A stretch of 64,000 nt of DNA from an uncultured Gammaproteobacteria bacterium (GTDB taxonomy: Bacteria > Pseudomonadota > Gammaproteobacteria > Arenicellales > JAANXG01): NCBI GenBank assembly GCA_947258495.1, contig CAMYIN010000172.1, forward strand, positions 61-64,060. Direction: 5' to 3'. Both the position numbers and the translations under genes were made by a program. Each line of letters starts with the position of its first letter. Within the stretch, counting starts at the first letter, position 1. Shown one piece after another: positions 60,478 to 64,000 of this stretch. The notes beneath the pieces were generated by a model. It made no database searches. It had not been told where the DNA came from and worked only from the letters and a program-made list of their open reading frames with translations.

Positions 60478-61137
60478 ATGATGAAGTTTCCAGCTTGGTT
60501 GATCGCCCTGGCGGCGATTTCTGTTTTTGGCAGCGTCGCCGTCGGTGCCCCCGGCCAGCAGGCCACCCAGGCGCCCGTCGCTGCAGAGCCACCGCCGACG
60601 CCGGAGATCATCTCCGAGTGCACCAATTGCCATGGCGAGACCGGCGTGAGCGATGTGCGTTACGTGCCCCATCTCGCCGGACAACGCCGCGGTTACCTGC
60701 GCAAGCAGTTGAACGCGTTTCGGGACAACACGCGAACCAATCCGGGCATGCACGCCGTGGTGATGCCGCTGGACGAGGCCCTGATCGACGACATCGCGGC
60801 CTATTTTTGGGCCCAGGGGCAACAGTCGAAAGCCGCGAAACCGGAGGGCGGCGTATCTCCAGACAGCCTCGACCCCAAACTCGCAAAGCTGGTGGAGAAA
60901 TGCGACCGCTGTCACGAACCCAACGAATTCAACCAGAAGGCGATCCAGGACTACCCCGTTCTGGCGGGACAAAGGCAGGAGTACCTCGCTCACGAAATGC
61001 GGGATTTCCAGAACAAGCACAAGCGCGACAACGAGATGATGTACGCGATGACGGACGTGCTCATCGGCGAAGAAATCGACAAGCTCGCGTCGTTCTATGA
61101 GAATCGCCGTTCGCCGCAACGCCTGGGCGCGCGCTGA
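60478..61137 (+). CDS. dihaem cytochrome c4-like protein
   Basis: 219 aa with a signal peptide and two class-I domains (CTNCHGETG...PHLAGQ; CDRCHEPN...PVLAGQ). Confidence 0.8.
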   Translation: MMKFPAWLIALAAISVFGSVAVGAPGQQATQAPVAAEPPPTPEIISECTNCHGETGVSDVRYVPHLAGQRRGYLRKQLNAFRDNTRTNPGMHAVVMPLDEALIDDIAAYFWAQGQQSKAAKPEGGVSPDSLDPKLAKLVEKCDRCHEPNEFNQKAIQDYPVLAGQRQEYLAHEMRDFQNKHKRDNEMMYAMTDVLIGEEIDKLASFYENRRSPQRLGAR

Positions 61138-61240
61138 CTCCGCAAGGCCTACGCGCCACGACCCACGACCCGGCACACCGGTCCCGGCCGGCAAGCGGTA
61201 GACCGACCCGATCCGTTCGGGGGACGATGTGACACGCTAA

Positions 61241-61316
61241 TGGTGCCGGCGGTCGGAGTCGAACCAACGACCTGCCGATTACGAATCGGCTGCTCTACCA
61301 GCTGAGCTACGCCGGC
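61241..61316 (-). tRNA. tRNA-Thr(CGT)
   Basis: Reverse complement GCCGGCGTAGCTCAGCTGGTAGAGCAGCCGATTCGTAATCGGCAGGTCGTTGGTTCGACTCCGACCGCCGGCACCA. Loop TTCGTAA. Confidence 0.92.
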
Positions 61317-61434
61317 GTCTAGCGCCTCGTGAAGAGGGCGTATTATTCGCGTGGCCCGGGATTTAATCAACTCGTCGGCCGCTGTCTCCCGGTGTAGCAC
61401 GTGCGCGTCGTCGGCGCGCGCGCCCGGGACCTAC

Positions 61435-61866
61435 CTACGGCTGGCTGCGTCGTATGCGGACGATGACGTCGACCCGGTCCAACGCCGTGCCGGACGGCAG
61501 CGGCGGCAACGCGGCGGCGGCGATCCCCACCGAGCCGATGTCGATCAATGTGCCGCTGTCTTCGTCGTAGAAATGATCGTGATCGTCCAAATTGGTGTCG
61601 TAGATGACCTTGCCGGGTTCCACGAATACCTGACGCAACAAGCCCTTGGCGACGAACAGTCCCAGGGTGTTGTAGATGGTCGCCTTGGATACGGCCGCCT
61701 CAACGCCGTTCACGCGTTCGTACACGTCTTCCGCGGAGAAGTGCGCCGGCTTCTCGAACAGCTCGCGGGCGATGTCCAGCCGCTGGCTGGTCGGCGTGAC
61801 GCCGTGCGTGCGCAGCCGGCGCGTCAGCGCTTCGCGGTCGATCGCTGGGTATTCCGGTGTGTCCAT
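61435..61866 (-). CDS. Fur-family transcriptional regulator, Irr-like (no structural-zinc Cys motifs)
   Basis: 143 aa. Winged-helix TPTSQRLDIARELF...SKATIYNTLGLFVAKGLL, then YDTNLDDHDHFYDEDSGTLIDI...VDVIVRIR. It contains no cysteines. From memory it is collinear with rhizobial Irr (…FDTNVSDHHHFF.E.ENEVLDIP…VDVVVRLR). Confidence 0.75.
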   Translation of the reverse strand: MDTPEYPAIDREALTRRLRTHGVTPTSQRLDIARELFEKPAHFSAEDVYERVNGVEAAVSKATIYNTLGLFVAKGLLRQVFVEPGKVIYDTNLDDHDHFYDEDSGTLIDIGSVGIAAAALPPLPSGTALDRVDVIVRIRRSQP

Positions 61867-61883
61867 GGAGCAAATTATAGACT

Positions 61884-61896
61884 TAGAATAATTCTA
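61884..61896 (-). promoter_or_regulatory. ICE-like palindrome (TAGAAT-A-ATTCTA), candidate autoregulatory operator
   Basis: A perfect 13-bp palindrome 18-30 nt upstream of the Fur-family ATG. In context it reads cTTAGAA-TAA-TTCTAgg, against the Irr iron-control-element consensus TTTAGAA-N3-TTCTAAA. Confidence 0.45.
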
Positions 61897-62189
61897 GGTC
61901 TAACCGGACGCCGGTCCCCGAGGCCCCGACGTGTTCGGCCAGGGAGCAGACGCCCGGGTTTGCGCGCTGGCCGGGCCGAACTACACTTTGACGTTACGAA
62001 GTCCGTCCGAGCGCGTGCCCGATGGCGTGTCGGCCCCTGAATCGGCGCCATTTGGTCCAGAATTTTAGTGATCTCATACCCAAAATATTGCGGTTTCATC
62101 CGGTAGAAATGACCGTTCATCGGTTTTACATATCCTTTCATCGGGACATTCTGAAAATTTGTGCTAGCTTTTGTTAATCGGGTCGAGAT

Positions 62190-62666
62190 TTGACGATGCA
62201 CAAGCGGGACAGAGGGTTGACCATAATTGAGCTGATGATCGTCATCACCCTGGTGGGGGTATTGATGGCCTTAGCCGTTCCAAATTTTCGCGATTTCGTG
62301 CGCCGCAACCAGCTCACGACACAGGCGAACGAGTTCGTCGCGGCCCTCAACCTCGCGCGCGCCGAGGCCATACGCCGCAACCGCAATATATCCGTGATAG
62401 CGACCGACGACAGCGACGCCGCCAACGAATGGGGGCCGGGCTGGAAGGTGGCCGACGGTGTCGAGGACATCCGAGTCGCCGCCAAGCTGCCCGGGTCGCT
62501 GACGCTCGACAGCAGCAACAACGCCAACGCCATCGTGTTCGCGTCCTCCGGGCTGCTACTGGGCGGCGGCGATGTATTTCTGCTCTGCGATCCGGAGAAA
62601 TCCGGCCATCGCATCGAGCTTTCCGCCTCCGGGCAGACGTCGCACAAAAAACAGGATTGCCCATAG
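62190..62666 (+). CDS. fimT: type IV minor pilin, GspH/FimT family
   Basis: 158 aa. Prepilin leader and N-methylation site RG|LTIIELMIVITLVGVLMALAVPNF, plus ...ANEFVAALNLARAEAIRRN. Confidence 0.75.
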   Translation: MTMHKRDRGLTIIELMIVITLVGVLMALAVPNFRDFVRRNQLTTQANEFVAALNLARAEAIRRNRNISVIATDDSDAANEWGPGWKVADGVEDIRVAAKLPGSLTLDSSNNANAIVFASSGLLLGGGDVFLLCDPEKSGHRIELSASGQTSHKKQDCP

Positions 62667-63211
62667 TGATCGTGCAGAGACCAGATTCGAAGATCGAGAG
62701 CGGTTACACGCTGGTCGAGGTGCTGGTGGCCTTTGTCGTGCTCTCCATCGGCCTGTTGGGCCTGGCCACGCTCCAGGGGGTCTCGCTGCAGGGGAGCAAC
62801 AAGTCCTTCGCGCGCTCCATCGCCATGGTCCAGGCCTACGACATGGCGGACCGTATCCGCGCCAACATGGCGGGCGTCACCCAGGGCGCGTACGACAGCC
62901 TGCCCGTAGCCGGCAGCGTGGACTACAGCTGCCTCGCCACCGGCTGTTCGCCGGGGTTCATGGCCGCCATCGACGGCGACGAGTGGAGCCGGGAAATCGC
63001 CGCGCGGTTGCCGAGCGGTGAGGGCGCCGTCACGCGGCTGCCGACGACCGCAACCGTGGCCGCGCCGATCTTTCAAATCGACGTGGGATGGCAGGAAACC
63101 TCGCGCAGCCTTTTGAACACCATGGCCGGCGACGAGGACATCGAGGAATCCTGTGACGACGCCCTCAGCGCCACGACCTTGACCTGCTTCCGATTGGAGT
63201 TCTCGCCATGA
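62666..63211 (+). CDS. pilV: type IV pilus minor pilin PilV
   Basis: GTG at 62666 (62672 is also possible) within ORF 62429..63211. SG|YTLVEVLVAFVVLSIGLLGLATLQ is typical of PilV. Confidence 0.7.
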   Translation: MIVQRPDSKIESGYTLVEVLVAFVVLSIGLLGLATLQGVSLQGSNKSFARSIAMVQAYDMADRIRANMAGVTQGAYDSLPVAGSVDYSCLATGCSPGFMAAIDGDEWSREIAARLPSGEGAVTRLPTTATVAAPIFQIDVGWQETSRSLLNTMAGDEDIEESCDDALSATTLTCFRLEFSP

Positions 63212-63972
63212 AGGGCCGACACCCGCAGCCGTCGACGATGACCGGATTCACCATTGCCGAGTTCATGGTGGCGATCGCCATCGGCATGTTTCTGATCACC
63301 GGACTGATCGGCATGTATATCGCCGGCAAGAGCAGCTACAACACCAACGAAGTGCTCTCCCGCACCCAGGAAAACGCGCGCTTCGCCACCGATCTGCTGA
63401 CGCGCTTCCTGCGTCTTGCCGATTACCGCACCGACAACGAGGACGACCACCGCCAGGTGCAGGCAACCATCACCGATTCGGTGCGCGGTTGTATCGCCGG
63501 CACCAACTGCGGTGTCGGCTTTCCGGGCGCCGCCGACTTGCCGTCCGAACTGGTCGGCAGCTCACACGCGATCCATATCAAATACACGTCGCCCTACGAC
63601 GGCCTGCGGGACTGTACGGGTGCCACCCTCGGTGAGGGCGCCGACGTGGTCGCCACCTTCGCCGTGGGGCGCGCAAACGCCGGCGATCCCTGGACCTTGT
63701 ATTGCAACGGCCAGCCGCTGGTGCAGGGGGTCGCGGACCTGCAGATCCAGTACGGCATCCGCGCCGCCGGCGGCAACATGCGCTACACCGACCACACGGA
63801 CACCGGCGATCAGCCGACCATTGCCGAATGGCCGAGCGTGATTGCGCTGCGGCTGATCCTGACCGTGGAATCCGGCGACGAGACCGTGACCAAGGTGGCC
63901 AAGGACGAGATCGCGAACCGCGCAGACCGCGAGTATCTGGCCACCGTTCAATTACGGAACCGACTGCTATGA
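63208..63972 (+). CDS. pilW: type IV pilus assembly protein PilW
   Basis: 254 aa. TG|FTIAEFMVAIAIGMFLITGLIGMY...TQENARFA, with ATGA coupling to pilV. Confidence 0.7.
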   Translation: MKGRHPQPSTMTGFTIAEFMVAIAIGMFLITGLIGMYIAGKSSYNTNEVLSRTQENARFATDLLTRFLRLADYRTDNEDDHRQVQATITDSVRGCIAGTNCGVGFPGAADLPSELVGSSHAIHIKYTSPYDGLRDCTGATLGEGADVVATFAVGRANAGDPWTLYCNGQPLVQGVADLQIQYGIRAAGGNMRYTDHTDTGDQPTIAEWPSVIALRLILTVESGDETVTKVAKDEIANRADREYLATVQLRNRLL

Positions 63973-64000
63973 GCGCACCACTGAAACCGAACCCAGCCTG
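63969..64000 (+). CDS. start of the next minor-pilin-cluster gene (PilX-position), truncated by the window edge
   Basis: ATG overlaps the pilW stop (ATGA). Only about 10 codons (MSAPLKPNPA) are visible, so the call rests on position alone. Confidence 0.3.
   Translation, partial: MSAPLKPNPA

Noticed and set aside
61875-62201. A 108-aa minus-strand ORF in the A+T-rich region between the Fur-family gene and fimT.
   Set aside because: It overlaps the probable promoter regions of both flanking genes and the fimT start. Its N-terminal part is plausible-looking but short, and the rest is Arg/Pro-rich. There is no motif support.

Overview
High-G+C chromosomal segment with gammaproteobacterial-type synteny; no rRNA, CRISPR array, transposase or integrase was seen. 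Three parts stand out. (1) A housekeeping and proteostasis backbone: fabI, ppiD, tRNA-Asp/Val, hupB, lon, clpX, clpP, tig, a five-tRNA cluster, folD, htpG, clpB, rluD-pgeF, bamD, nadE, aat-bpt, infA, lexA-sulA, ampD. sigma32-type promoters are recognisable for lon, htpG and clpB, and lexA has an SOS box. (2) A bioenergetics block: a complete Na+-NQR operon nqrABCDEF plus apbE and nqrM. It is preceded by a co-transcribed, low-G+C hexaheme cytochrome c gene and a decayed fragment of a second nqrA. It is followed by a convergent eight-gene V/A-type ATPase operon. (3) Accessory loci: a CbcL-like nine-heme c / dihaem-b fusion with two c4-type cytochromes, an Irr-like Fur regulator with an ICE-like palindrome, the start of a type IV minor-pilin cluster, and an orphan EgtD-like methyltransferase. 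The strongest candidates for something new are these. A tightly coupled three-gene operon encodes a MotA/ExbB-type channel, a single-TM Asp-bearing partner with an unrecognised periplasmic domain, and a third membrane protein. A 294-nt group I-like intron splits tRNA-Arg(UCU). A duplicated [NqrM-like + CBS-pair] module flanks apbE. All calls come from reading the ORF translations and DNA by eye; no searches or computations were run.
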